A stretch of 64,000 bases of DNA from positions 31,273-95,272 of the forward strand of contig NIVC01003489.1 in the NCBI GenBank assembly GCA_002269645.1, read 5' to 3'. The position numbers were made by a program, and so were the translations under genes. Of the stretch, positions 53,861 through 64,000 are shown one piece after another. The DNA comes from Macrostomum lignano (lineage: Eukaryota). How positions within the stretch are numbered: the first letter of the stretch is position 1; the number at the start of each line of letters is the position of its first letter. The notes under the pieces were generated by a model that did no database searches, had not been told where the DNA came from, and was given only the letters and a program-made list of their open reading frames with translations.

Positions 53861-55244
53861 TCTATGTGGTTTCTTTTTTCAGTCTATGTAGTCCATATTA
53901 TTCTTTGTCCCATAGGCTTCACTCTCCTCTCCCCCGCCCCCTCATCTGTGGGACCGTCATTGAGCAGCTCTCCTGCCGCTGCCGCCAACCCAATTGAAAA
54001 TCGGCACTCTGCGGCAAGCACTCCGAGCCCCTCGGTCCCAACTCTGCCGGATTTGGTTCAAGCCGCTCCAATTCCCCAGTTTGTCACGTAGCTTCCCGTT
54101 GTGGCCTTTTTTGTCTTTGGAAAACGCATAGCAACTCGCATGCCTGCGTTCTGCATATCTGCGTGTGCGTTCATTCGGGGCATCCCGGGGATCCGGCAGT
54201 GGCTGATCCGGGACAGATGGAAAGTAGGCGTGCCGCTCTTGCCAATCTGGCCAACTCTAATGAAGCCGGCCGCTTCTTGAACCTGGCCAGAATTTATGCC
54301 TGTGCTGTGGCTGGGGGCACCCGGCACGGGGACACCCAGTTCTGCCTGTTCTCCTGCCTCAGCGCTGAAAGGAATGCGAGCCAGGCCTCGCCCACGCGGC
54401 TTTTGCTGAGGAGCGACCGCGCTTGTTTCTTGCTGTTTCTCTTGCCTTCTCCTTATTTTTGCTCCAGTCTTCCTGGCAGAAAACAGCCAATTTCTGCTTC
54501 CGGGGGTTCGTTAGCGGCGGCACAGGTGGCGGCGCGCCCAGGTGAGGGGATTGACGGCCGTTGGGACGGGGAAACTCGATTCGAAGCAGCTTGGAAGTCC
54601 TATTTAGGCAGCTGGAGGAAACATCTCCCCTTGCACTGCAGTCATTAATCAGCCTGGCACTATTCAGTGTAGTGCTATAAAGGCTCAGCAGTGCGTCTGC
54701 GTTTCTCTGTCTGGCTGTCTCTGCTTTTGCTATTGCCCCAAAAACTTCCCCTTATTCTCTGGCACCGCGTCTTGCACTTCTGGCAGCGGCAGCTGCGCCC
54801 GCCGACAACTCTAAACAGCAATTTCTTATTCGTCTCATTTCCCTGCCCAGCTCCAACTGGACTCAGCTCCCGTCCCAGTGCCGCACTGATCGATGGATCG
54901 ATGCCGGCTGCCCTGTCTGCCTCTGGCCGGCCGGGCCTCCCTCCCGGGCCTCCGAGAGAACGCTGGACTGCATTCGAATGTGAACTGCTGGGCCCGCAGA
55001 GATAGAGCTGGGGGTCTGGGATGCTTGTCTCCTCTCCTCCCCTCCGCAGAATGATGCGATGGGATTCGCTGTTCCGCTTCTCCTGCGTCTTAAATTGTAG
55101 CGGGTTTCCTAGAAAGTGTATTGAGCATTCCGCTTGTCTGGCAGCGGTTCTAAATACCGGCAGGTTGCGTGGAGATTAAGTCCGGCCAGGGTTTATGGCG
55201 GCTTGGAATTTACACGAAGGCTTTAAGACTTTACTTTAAGATTG

Positions 55245-55378
55245 TGAAGCTTCGAGCTTGTGAAGCTTCGAGCTTGTGAAGCTTCGAGCTTGTGAAGCTT
55301 CGAGCTTGTGAAGCTTCGAGCTTGTGAAGCTTCGAGCTTGTGAAGAAGCTTCGAGCTTGTGAAGCTTCGAGCTTGTGG
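55245..55378. repeat. 16-bp minisatellite (gaagcttcgagcttgt)
   Basis: About 7-8 tandem copies. Confidence 0.95.
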
Positions 55379-56284
55379 AAGTTCACCGGCTTTCATGATG
55401 TGAAATTTCGAGCTAGCGAAAGTGGAGTTGAATTTAATAACAACTCAAACTTTTAGTCTAAGTTTGAATGCCGAGTTAACTCTGAAAATGGCACCTTGAG
55501 TTTTTTACTCGAGCTCAGCTAAGCCAGGCGACTCTCGAATCTCGCAGACAGGTCGAGCAGCCATGCAATTTGCAACTCATTTCAGGCCAAGCTGCGCCTC
55601 CTTGAGCCGGGCTGCCGGGCCTGGCAACTCTGGCGGGACTTTTACTCTCGCATTTTATTTTCCTACTCTCAGCCGCCCAGCTCTCCTCTCCCTTCATCTC
55701 TCTGGGAGTTCTCCGGTGGGCAATTCTGGGGATTAATTTTCGTCACATTGGGATCGGATTTGAGTGCCGGACCCCCACCCCCCCCCTGCTAATCAAATGC
55801 GCAATTCGATAGGGGGGCTCGAAGTGCCGGCTCGCGACTGTCATGGGACCTCCCTGGGGATCTGGGGGATGAAGGAATTCGGCCCTCCGCAGGCGGGGGC
55901 TGTTCGCTCGAATTCTGCCGCGGCCTGACAAATTGTTTACTCGGCATTGAACTTCTTGGCTTCTTCTAATGGCAGCTGAGCAGCTCGAGCCTCTTTTTCT
56001 GCTGGCTGCCGTCTCTGAGCCGCATTTTGTCTGGCGCTCGCTCCCATATGCCTCCGATTATTTTGCTTTTAAAATATCACACGAGACTACTCATTAGCGA
56101 TTCAGTAGTCAAGTTTGAACAGTTGTTTTTCCGTTGCCAAAAAAGAAGGTCATTCGCAATAGTTCTGTCACTCTGGAAGTCACTCATTTACACATTCACT
56201 GAGACAGACACATCAGGACTCTTGGTCACTCCGATTTCAGGTCACTATGAAAATCTGTCAATCACTCCCGGTTTGATCTTGGGG

Positions 56285-56800
56285 TCACTGACAGTCACAC
56301 TCAGGGTCACTGGCGGTCACACTCGAGGCCACTCTGACAGTCACGATCATATTCACTCTGACAGTCACTGTCCGGGTCACTGACAGTCACTGTCATGGTC
56401 ACTGACAGTCACACTGAGGGTCACTGGCAGTCACACTGAGGGTCACTGGCAGTCACTGTCATGGTCACTGGCAGTCACTGTCATGGTCACTGGCAGTCAC
56501 TGTCATGGTCACTGGCAGTCACTGTCATGGTCACTGGCAGTCACTGTCATGGTCACTGGCAGTCACTGTCATGGTCACTGGCAGTCACTGTCATGGTCAC
56601 TGGCAGTCACTGTCATGGTCACTGACAGTCACACTGAGGGTCACAGACAGTCACACTGAGGGTCACTGACAGTCACACTGAGGGTCACTGACAGTCACAC
56701 TGAGGGTCACTGACAGTCACACTGAGGGTCACTCTGACAGTCACTGTCATGGTCACTGACAGTCACTGTCCGGGTCACTGTACAGTCACTCCTACGGTTA
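56285..56800. repeat. 22-bp minisatellite (ggtcactggcagtcactgtcat and variants)
   Basis: Tandem periodicity ending just before the acceptor at 56819. Confidence 0.93.
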
Positions 56801-56819
56801 CTCTGACAGTCGCTCGCAG

Positions 56820-57122
56820 CTAACGGCAGCTATCCGCGCCCACCAAACCCGCAGAAGGACTTCGCCGCCGCGGTCAGCCGCCGCAACAGCAACCGCGGCC
56901 CGGCTGGCTGCGGCCATCACCGGCGCAGCATGGTGCTGGGTGCCGCTGCCGCCGCCGCCGCCACTGCCGCCGCTGCTGCCAATTCCTCGGCTTCGGCCAC
57001 TTCGTCCGGCGGAGCCGCTGCTGTCGCCGCTGCTGCTGGAACGTCGCGGACTCACTCGCCGAAGAGGCTGACCGCCGCTGCTTCATCCTCTGCCGCAGCT
57101 GCCGCCGGGCCCGCCAATGCTG
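56820..57122 (+). CDS. Putative penultimate exon of the SAM gene
   Basis: CAG acceptor, Ala/Ser-rich frame, donor GTGAG at 57123; candidate terminal exon from 57472 (immediate stop) and AATAAA near 57740. Confidence 0.5.
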
Positions 57123-57144
57123 GTGAGTGGGGCTGGCAATCAGC

Positions 57145-57440
57145 TGGGCTAGCAATCCACTCTATGCCCTCATGTCCGTGTTGGCTAGGCTAGCAATCCA
57201 TTCCATGCCCTCATGTCCGTGTTGGCTAGGCTAGCAATCCACTCTATGCCCTCATGTCCGTGTTGGCTAGGCTAGCAATCCACTCTATGCCCTCATGTCC
57301 GTGTTGGCTAGGCTAGCAATCCACTCTATGCCCTCATGTCCGTGTTGGCTAGGCTAGCAATCCACTCTATGCCCTCATGTCCGTGTTGGCTAGGCTAGCA
57401 ATCCACTCTATGCCCTCATACCCCCGTGTTGGCTAGGCTA
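57145..57440. repeat. 41-bp minisatellite (ggctagcaatccactctatgccctcatgtccgtgttggcta)
   Basis: About 7 tandem copies starting ~20 bp after the donor at 57123. Confidence 0.95.
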
Positions 57441-57752
57441 CTGTAGCTACCATTTATATTGCAATTACCAGCCTAGTAGATGCTTGAAAACAAATGGGAC
57501 AAGTAGTGTGAATTGCAAATCTAAAAGCAGCAAAACTGATGCAACAAAAGAATCACTCGAGCCTGCGAATGAATTCTCAGCTCAGTTTTCCTTGTGTATT
57601 TTATATTTTGTATGTGGACTGAATTTTAAAGTACTGCCTGTCCTTTTATTCTTCTTAACTGTACATTCCAATGACAAGCGGCTAACTAATCGGACGGGCT
57701 GTCACAGTGTGAAAAAGTACACGGTGTCCTGATAACAATAATAAACAAGCTA

Positions 57753-59416
57753 CTAGGCTATCGTCATAGTCTGCCCTCTGACAGTCGGGGCTGGCAAGGT
57801 CCTGCCAGCCTGGGTCCTGCCAGCCGGTCCCAGCGTCCTGCCAGCCTGGGTAGCCCCGCCGGCGCCCATCTCCAACTGCTGCTCCTCACCGATGAGGTCG
57901 TCCAGCTCGGTCTCCAGATTGTCGGCCAGCCGGTTGAACTGTGGATTAAAGGCCACCACCAGCCAGCCGAGGGCCAGGCAGGCGGCCCGCACGGTGTCCA
58001 TGATGCGCCAGCTCTGCACCAGGCTGTCCCCGTTGGCGATGCCCGCGTAGGCCGTGGCGTTGAGCGAGTAGCCGCGCATCCACTGGTCCGTGGGGTACAT
58101 GGCGTTGCTGACCACGTAGGCCGGGATGTACAGCAGCACCACCATGCCGCCGTGGCGGAAGCTGGCGCACTCCAGGCAGGAGCCGCGGTCCAGCTTGCCG
58201 GTGTCGTACCTGTCCAGCACGCTGAGCAGGATCAGCGTGAGCACCACGTAGTACAGAATGGGCATCGGCGAGCCGAGCCTGCTGTAGTCGGCCAGGAAGG
58301 ACAGGTAGTTGGAGCTCAGCGTCCACACGTAGACAGTGTGCAGCAGGGCGAAGCCGGGCATCAGGCCCAGCAGCACCGTGCCCAGGTAGTTGTACACCTT
58401 GGTGAAGCCGATGGCGCACTTCAGCGTGCGGTTGGAAGTGTCCTCTTCGACCACTCCCTGTGGGACGGTGCGGTGCGACTTGTTTAAAATCCGTACAAAG
58501 TCTTGAAACACAATGACCTTAGCATCGCCCCCCCATTCAATGCCCCCCCCTATCATCCGCACCCAAGCTCGAGTTCATTTGAATAATAATGAGCCGAATC
58601 AGTAATTAATTTCACCTCAAGGTACTGCTCGCGCTCCTTGCGCTCCTGCTCCAGCCTCTGCTGGTACTTGTCCAGCTTCTCCGCTTTGAATGTCTTCGCG
58701 TCCTGCGTCTGCCAGAAGATCGTGTCGCTCATGTTGCTCTCGCCAGCGCGGCCGCCGCCCCCGCCGCCGATGGCCGCTTCGTCTTCGTCGTCGGCCTTGA
58801 CGTCGCCGGCCGGACCGCCGTCAGCGAGGTCGGCGCCGAAGTTGACGCGGCCGCCGGCACCCTCCCGGGTGACCACGTCGGCGCGGACTGTCTCCAGCGC
58901 CTTGGCCAGCGGCATGCCCTCGACGTCGATATACCGAGTCCGTGGTGCCGCCGCTGCAGCTGCGGGTTCCGCCTCACGGCCTTCTGGGCTGCGGCGAGCC
59001 TCCTCAGCTTCGGGAGCGTCTGTCCCTGCTGTCGCCGCTGCTGCTGCTGCCGCCGATGCTGGCTGCCGCCGCTTCTTGCGACGCGGCCTCGGAGCCGCTG
59101 CTCCGCCTGATGTCGCTCCAGTCGCAGCCCCGTCGTCACCAGCGGCCGGCGCTGGCAGCAACTGCTGCTGCGCGCTGATTGGCGCCGTCCCATGGTCTGG
59201 CGAGGCCTCCGCGTCCGCCGCGCTGGCCGGCTGTCGCTTCTTTTTCCTCCTTGGCCGCGGCGCGCCGTCAGCGCCCGGCTGTGCAGCGTCTAGCGCCGTT
59301 CCAGCATCTCCTGGCGCCGCTTGCCCACCGAGGCTCGGCAGCTTCTTTAGTCGGCGCGGCCGCCCATCGCCGCCTCCAGTTGCGGCCATGTCCGCCGGCT
59401 GGTTCGGGTCCGCCAT
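57753..59416 (-). CDS. TMEM237: Transmembrane protein 237-like ciliary transition-zone protein (exons 59416-58616, 58457-57753; ~501 aa)
   Basis: N-terminal disordered region with PRRKKKR motifs; four hydrophobic segments with pattern Y..L..P...LYY..L.L..LS..DRYD..K and W...D...A..L.LGW.....P; phase-0 GT-AG intron 58615-58458. Confidence 0.8.
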
Positions 59417-60460
59417 GATGCTTTTTGGGGCTCTCCGAGGCTTTGCTGATTGAAACTCGGCTTCTCTTCCGCTTCCTTCGCCTTCACTTTGGCTTTTCTT
59501 TCCTGCTCTGTCAGTGTGCGGCCTCCCCCGCCTGCCTGTCTGCCTGGCGAGACCTGAGCGCTGTGATAGACTCAGTTGCTATGGGCGTTGGCAACCGCAG
59601 CCTCACCTTTACTCACTTCGCCTCCTCTGTGCACTGCACTGCACTGCACTGCACTGTCTCTTCTTGCTTCTGTACCCCTTCTTTTTTTCACCTCGCGGGT
59701 CGATAAACTCGCGTACCCGCCAGGGCCGGTTCTCTTCCCTCCCTTCTCTTCTCTACACCTGGGAGAGAAGTTCTAGAGGCCTCACTCTGCATTCACTGTA
59801 CTCTCTGGAGCCGCACTGTACGCGCAGCTCTATTGGCTCTTTCCGTTCTCTTTCATTCCTGCCCCGCTACTCCAATTCCCTATGTACGTTCTACTCTACT
59901 GATAGTAGCGCGTAAAACACTTGGCTTGTAAAACCGTTCCAAATTTAATTACTTTTCTTCATTCCTTCCTCTATATTGATTGGCGTCTTGGCAGATCGGC
60001 CCTGCTGAGTAGTGATTAATTCCAGCTGCCCGCCTGCCCGCCTCATCGATTCCCGCTGACTGGGTTTTTTATTTTACTAGCCAGAACTGGAGTGAGCTGT
60101 CGCGCAGGCTGAGATCGAAGAACAAGCTCCGGCTCAAGATTAAACTAAATAATTTGACAAGCGGCCGTTGCCAGCGGGAGCGACAGAGAATTTTCCCTTA
60201 TGGGAATTCCCGGTTTTCACACTACCGAGCTCCCAAAAAACTGCCCGAGGCCAATATATGGCGTTTTGTATGTATAAGTTGTCGCGTTGAGTGCTCGCTT
60301 GTCCCGTGCTCGCGTGCACTCGGCCCGACCCTCCTGGGTTGGCTCTCGGAGGCTCGGTTCCCCTGCCCTCCCCCCGCTCTTTGCCTCTCTGACTCTCCCA
60401 GCTGCTACAAAACTGACTGCATGCTTGGCTGGCTGGTGGCATTTACCTCTGTGCTCTGCG

Positions 60461-60491
<31 letters not shown>

Positions 60492-60911
60492 CACCCTTCT
60501 GCCTGTTGCTCGCATCTCCTCTCCGTCTCTCCTCTCTCTCCCCATTGTCTCGGGTTCTCTGAGTCTGTTTGCTCTGAGTCTCTCCGCTGCTGCACCTCGC
60601 CAGCCTGGCAGCTCGCAGCCGCGCTCTGCCTTGCCCCACCTCTGCCTCACCCTCCCCCCTCTCTCAGCTCTCTCAAACTCCAGCCTCCACCATCCTACCA
60701 GTATTCTTCATCATCTGGTTTGAGCAGCGAGCCAGCAAAGGACGGCATTAGCCCTCGCCAGCCTCCCTAGGCTTCATCGGACCACCGTCGTCATCATCGT
60801 TGATTGCTCGTCCCTCCTAATATTAATAATTGGAAGGGAGACTGAGCAGGCGGGCAGCTCATTCAGCCCATTGCATACGCATAAAATGTGCATTTAAATA
60901 ATTGCCCTGCC

Positions 60912-60942
<31 letters not shown>

Positions 60943-61226
60943 CCCTGCTTAGTGAGAGAGAGAGAGAGAGAAGAGGCACTCGCCATTCGCTCCGAAAGAA
61001 GCTGCCGCAGAGACACAAAGAAGAAAAAGTAAAGTCAACGCAGAAACACTTTATCACGCGTCTCATTCGCTAAGAAGCTGCCATTGGAAGGCGGCAGGAG
61101 TCTCTCAAGTGCTAATATTTGACCAAGAGGTGTGCAGCCAGAGGTGTCTCCTGGTTCAGCTCATTAACCCACTCGAGCGCGCAATTGCTGATCAGCCATA
61201 AGTCGGCAAGAAAGAAGGCAGCGAAC

Positions 61227-62651
61227 ATGGCTCTTCGGCTGGCGGCACAGCTTATTGGCGCTAGCGGCTTTGCCAGCGCCAGCGGCCTCAGAGCTGCCAC
61301 GGCGGCAACGGCGGCGGCCCATGGTCTGCGCCATCAGCAACAGAGCAGGGTGCTCAGCCTCCGTAGTGCTGCTTTTAATGCTGGCTCTGCTTCTTCTGCT
61401 TCTGGAAGCAGAGGGCAAAGTCTCTTCTTGGCCACAGCTGCCGCCGCCGCCGCAGCTGCCGCGTTGGCCTTCGCTGAGTTCAAAAAGCGACCCGCTGCTT
61501 CCGCCTCCGTTGCCATGGCCGAATCGGAGTTGTCGCCCTCTGAGTCCGCGGCAACCGGGACCAGCGGCCGGCGCCGCCTGAACTGGCGCGAGCGCCGCTT
61601 TCTGCAGTTCGCCTCTCTGCAGTACAATGGCGCCGCCTACCTCAGCCCGCTCGACTTCCTTGAGGCCGTCGCTCTCGACGCCAGCTGCGACGATGAAGCG
61701 TCGGCCAAATCCGAGCGAAGTCGCCGAATTCGCCGTCGACGTCACGTGTTGTCCGAGGCCGAATACCGGGCGATGCTGCGCGCCACGCCCGGCAAGCGCC
61801 GCGCCAGCGACCACCTGTTCCGCGACCTCGGCAGCAACGGCCTCATCTCCTACCCGGAGTTCCTGCTGCTGCTCAATGTGCTCGCCAAGTCCAGCTCCGG
61901 CTTCGAGATCGCCTTCCGCGCCTTTGATCGCAATAGCGACGGCTCCCTGGACGCCGACGAGTTCCGCCGGCTGTACCGCGTCGTCTCGTCGAACGGCGCC
62001 GCCGCTGACCCTGGCTCCGAGCTGCTGGTGTACGACGACGCCAGCACCAGCCTGCTTGTGCACTTTTTCGGCACCAACACCCGCGACTCCGTCTCTGCTG
62101 CCGAGTTCGCCAAATTCGCCGACAACCTGCAGCGCGAGGTGCTGCTGGCCGAGTTCCGGGCCTGCCTGGGCGCCACCGCCTCGGCCGTCATGTCGCCACT
62201 CGACTTCGGGCGCGCGGTTCTTCGCCGGACCCGCTTGTCGGCCTCCGAGCGTCGCCTCCGCCTGGCGCTGCTGGAGGACCGGACGTGGCAATCGGAAGGT
62301 GTAACAGCTGAGGAGTACCAGCAGTTCTTCCAGTTCCTGCTGCACACCGGCGACCTGTTCTTCGCCCTGCGCATGTTTGAGATCGCCGGCAAGTCCATCG
62401 GCCAGGAGGACTTCCAGCGGGCGGTGATGGCCGCCACTGGCCGCGGTGTGTCGCCCAAGCTGCTGGCGATCCTGTTCGCCATGTTCGACATCGACGGCGA
62501 CGGGGCGCTGTCCTACGGCGAGTTCCTCAGCCTGTTCGGCCAGGGCGAGGCCGCCGGGCTGCGGCGCCGGGACTGCGACGGCGGCGATAGCGAGGACTCC
62601 GCGTGGCAGCGGTACAGGAAGTGCGTCAAGAAGCACATGCTGCGGCAGTAG
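61227..62651 (+). CDS. MICU2/MICU3: Mitochondrial calcium uptake protein, MICU2/3-type, divergent paralogue, single exon, 474 aa
   Basis: Mitochondrial-presequence-like MALRLAAQL..; RERRFLQFAS..Y.G..YLSPLDFLEAV; GLISYPEFLLLL; EF loops DRNSDGSLDADE and DIDGDGALSYGE; LLVHFFG; C-terminal YRKCVKK. Confidence 0.9.
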   Translation: MALRLAAQLIGASGFASASGLRAATAATAAAHGLRHQQQSRVLSLRSAAFNAGSASSASGSRGQSLFLATAAAAAAAAALAFAEFKKRPAASASVAMAESELSPSESAATGTSGRRRLNWRERRFLQFASLQYNGAAYLSPLDFLEAVALDASCDDEASAKSERSRRIRRRRHVLSEAEYRAMLRATPGKRRASDHLFRDLGSNGLISYPEFLLLLNVLAKSSSGFEIAFRAFDRNSDGSLDADEFRRLYRVVSSNGAAADPGSELLVYDDASTSLLVHFFGTNTRDSVSAAEFAKFADNLQREVLLAEFRACLGATASAVMSPLDFGRAVLRRTRLSASERRLRLALLEDRTWQSEGVTAEEYQQFFQFLLHTGDLFFALRMFEIAGKSIGQEDFQRAVMAATGRGVSPKLLAILFAMFDIDGDGALSYGEFLSLFGQGEAAGLRRRDCDGGDSEDSAWQRYRKCVKKHMLRQ

Positions 62652-63142
62652 ATGTACTGAGACTGTTCAGTGGTCGTGTGGAACTAGTTCTGTGTTTGTT
62701 GTATTGTAACTCCCCATTTTAACTCATTATGCTACTTTTCGAAAACGCATCAAGCAAAGCTTTCCTTCGAACCGCTTTTTTCTTAAAGTGGAAAGCCAAT
62801 CTGCTTTCGGTTTCAATTTTGCCCGTTTCAATTCTGCCCAGGTGTATCTGGGCGCACAAGGAGATCGAATGATTATCACATTTTCCTTCTGCTATTTTCG
62901 ACTTTAACAACTTTTTTCATCGAGTATTCACGACTCGCTGTTCTGTTATTAATCAGCCCCGTCATCTGTGTAATTATTCATTGCGTTTATTAAAATTAAT
63001 ATGCATATTTAGATGGATTTTGTTTTGTAACATTGGCAGCGCATTAGCTGGTATTCCTAGCGCTATTAAATGGAAAGAATTCAAGTTTAAAACAAGCGTT
63101 GAAACTAATCCATGCCGCCGGGTCATGTAAGGTCACGCCAGA

Positions 63143-64000
63143 TCAGTCCCGCTGTATCTCTCGTTTAAGGCAGCGCCGGAACTCCGTCAGCTCCCCGCCT
63201 GTCAAGCTGGATTTCAGACTCAGCCTTTTGAGTCGGCCTTTTAAAATGGCCAGCAGCTCGTCGGAGCTCAGACTGCCGTCGCCGTCCTTGTCCAGCAGCA
63301 GGAACACGGTGGACACCACCCTCGGCGATAGCGTGTAGCCAACGCACGCCTTGACAGCCCGCTGGAACTCGTCCTGCGTCACCGGGTGTCCGGCCAAAGC
63401 GTACATTTGCAGCGCCATGCTGAAGTCGGCCAGGCTGTTAAGAAACTGGAAGAATTGGCGAAAGTCCTCGAAGCCGATGCCCTCCTCGCGGACAAGCTTG
63501 TCGCGGACCTGGTCGACCCACACGGCCTGTGTGCTCGGCGACAGGTTGGTGTAGCGCAGCAGCACCCTGGCGAACTCGCTCTCCGGTATGCTCGGTAGGC
63601 CCTTGGAGAACTCCAGGAATTCCAGCTCCAGCACCTCGTACTGAAGATTTGACATGAACTCGACGAACCGATTGTAGTCCAGGCTGTCTTTGCCGGATTG
63701 GCCGAAGAAGTGTCGCATCAGGGTTGTGTCCTGCTGCTGCTCGGCCTGGCACTCGGACACCATAGTGTTGAGTATGTCGAACTCGTCCTTCTCCACGCTC
63801 TGGTTGCGGCTTCGGTCGATCATGTTGAAGGCATCGAGAAACCACTTTTCGGCGTTGGCCAGGGTGCATAGCAGGAATAGGTACTCAGAGTAGGAGACGA
63901 TTCCGTCGTGCCCAAGGCTGCGCATCAGCTTTTTTGAGGCTCGCCTGTGGCTTGGCGCTTTGCGAAAAGCATCTGCTCCACATCCGCGTCCGACAGCAGC
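63143..64000 (-). CDS. MICU3: Mitochondrial calcium uptake protein MICU2/3 (5' part outside window; frameshift at 63965-63968)
   Basis: GIVSYSEYLFLLCTL, DTTLMRHFFG, FMSNLQYEVLELEF, FARVLLRYT, DKDGDGSLSSDE, FRRCLKR closely follow the MICU2/3 pattern; no intron in the visible part. MICU3 versus MICU2 cannot be settled from sequence reading alone. Confidence 0.9.
   Translation of the reverse strand, partial: AAVGRGCGADAFRKAPSHRRASKKLMRSLGHDGIVSYSEYLFLLCTLANAEKWFLDAFNMIDRSRNQSVEKDEFDILNTMVSECQAEQQQDTTLMRHFFGQSGKDSLDYNRFVEFMSNLQYEVLELEFLEFSKGLPSIPESEFARVLLRYTNLSPSTQAVWVDQVRDKLVREEGIGFEDFRQFFQFLNSLADFSMALQMYALAGHPVTQDEFQRAVKACVGYTLSPRVVSTVFLLLDKDGDGSLSSDELLAILKGRLKRLSLKSSLTGGELTEFRRCLKREIQRD

Noticed and set aside
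61164-62636. 490-aa antisense ORF and similar shadow ORFs (15995-16567, 49114-49717, 57946-58487, 58638-59453)
   Set aside because: Expected by-product of GC3-rich coding sequence on the opposite strand or frame.

Overview
Eukaryotic (metazoan) genomic DNA. GC-rich, poly-Ala-rich exons, GT-AG introns and abundant (TCTG)n and minisatellites resemble the flatworm Macrostomum (inference, not verified). 1-13 kb: a nest of three diverged, same-strand, intron-containing Helitrons. All three encode an OTU-like protease and a Helitron Zn finger; copies 2 and 3 also show 23-aa STPR-like repeats. None shows a recognisable Rep domain. Copy 1 keeps a PIF1 helicase interrupted by a 5'-truncated LINE with a 14-bp TSD; copy 2 has an open, splice-consistent 3-exon 5' ORF. 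The nest also holds a 23-bp satellite, a foldback element and a hairpin-CTAG|TC head-to-tail junction. 13-25 kb: Crypton-like remnant, intronless secreted PAN + C-type-lectin gene, 34-bp minisatellite, decayed RT-RNase H LINE, and an AT-rich island with a 156-bp palindrome. 25-57.5 kb: a large + strand SAM-domain gene with scattered low-complexity exons (chain unresolved) and many intronic minisatellites, one carrying a tRNA-derived SINE. 57.7-64 kb: TMEM237 (- strand, 2 exons) and two convergent MICU2/3-type paralogues with no introns in the visible parts; the second runs off the window and has a frameshift at a homopolymer. No CRISPR, rRNA or intact tRNA gene was found. All calls come from reading the sequence; no database search was run.
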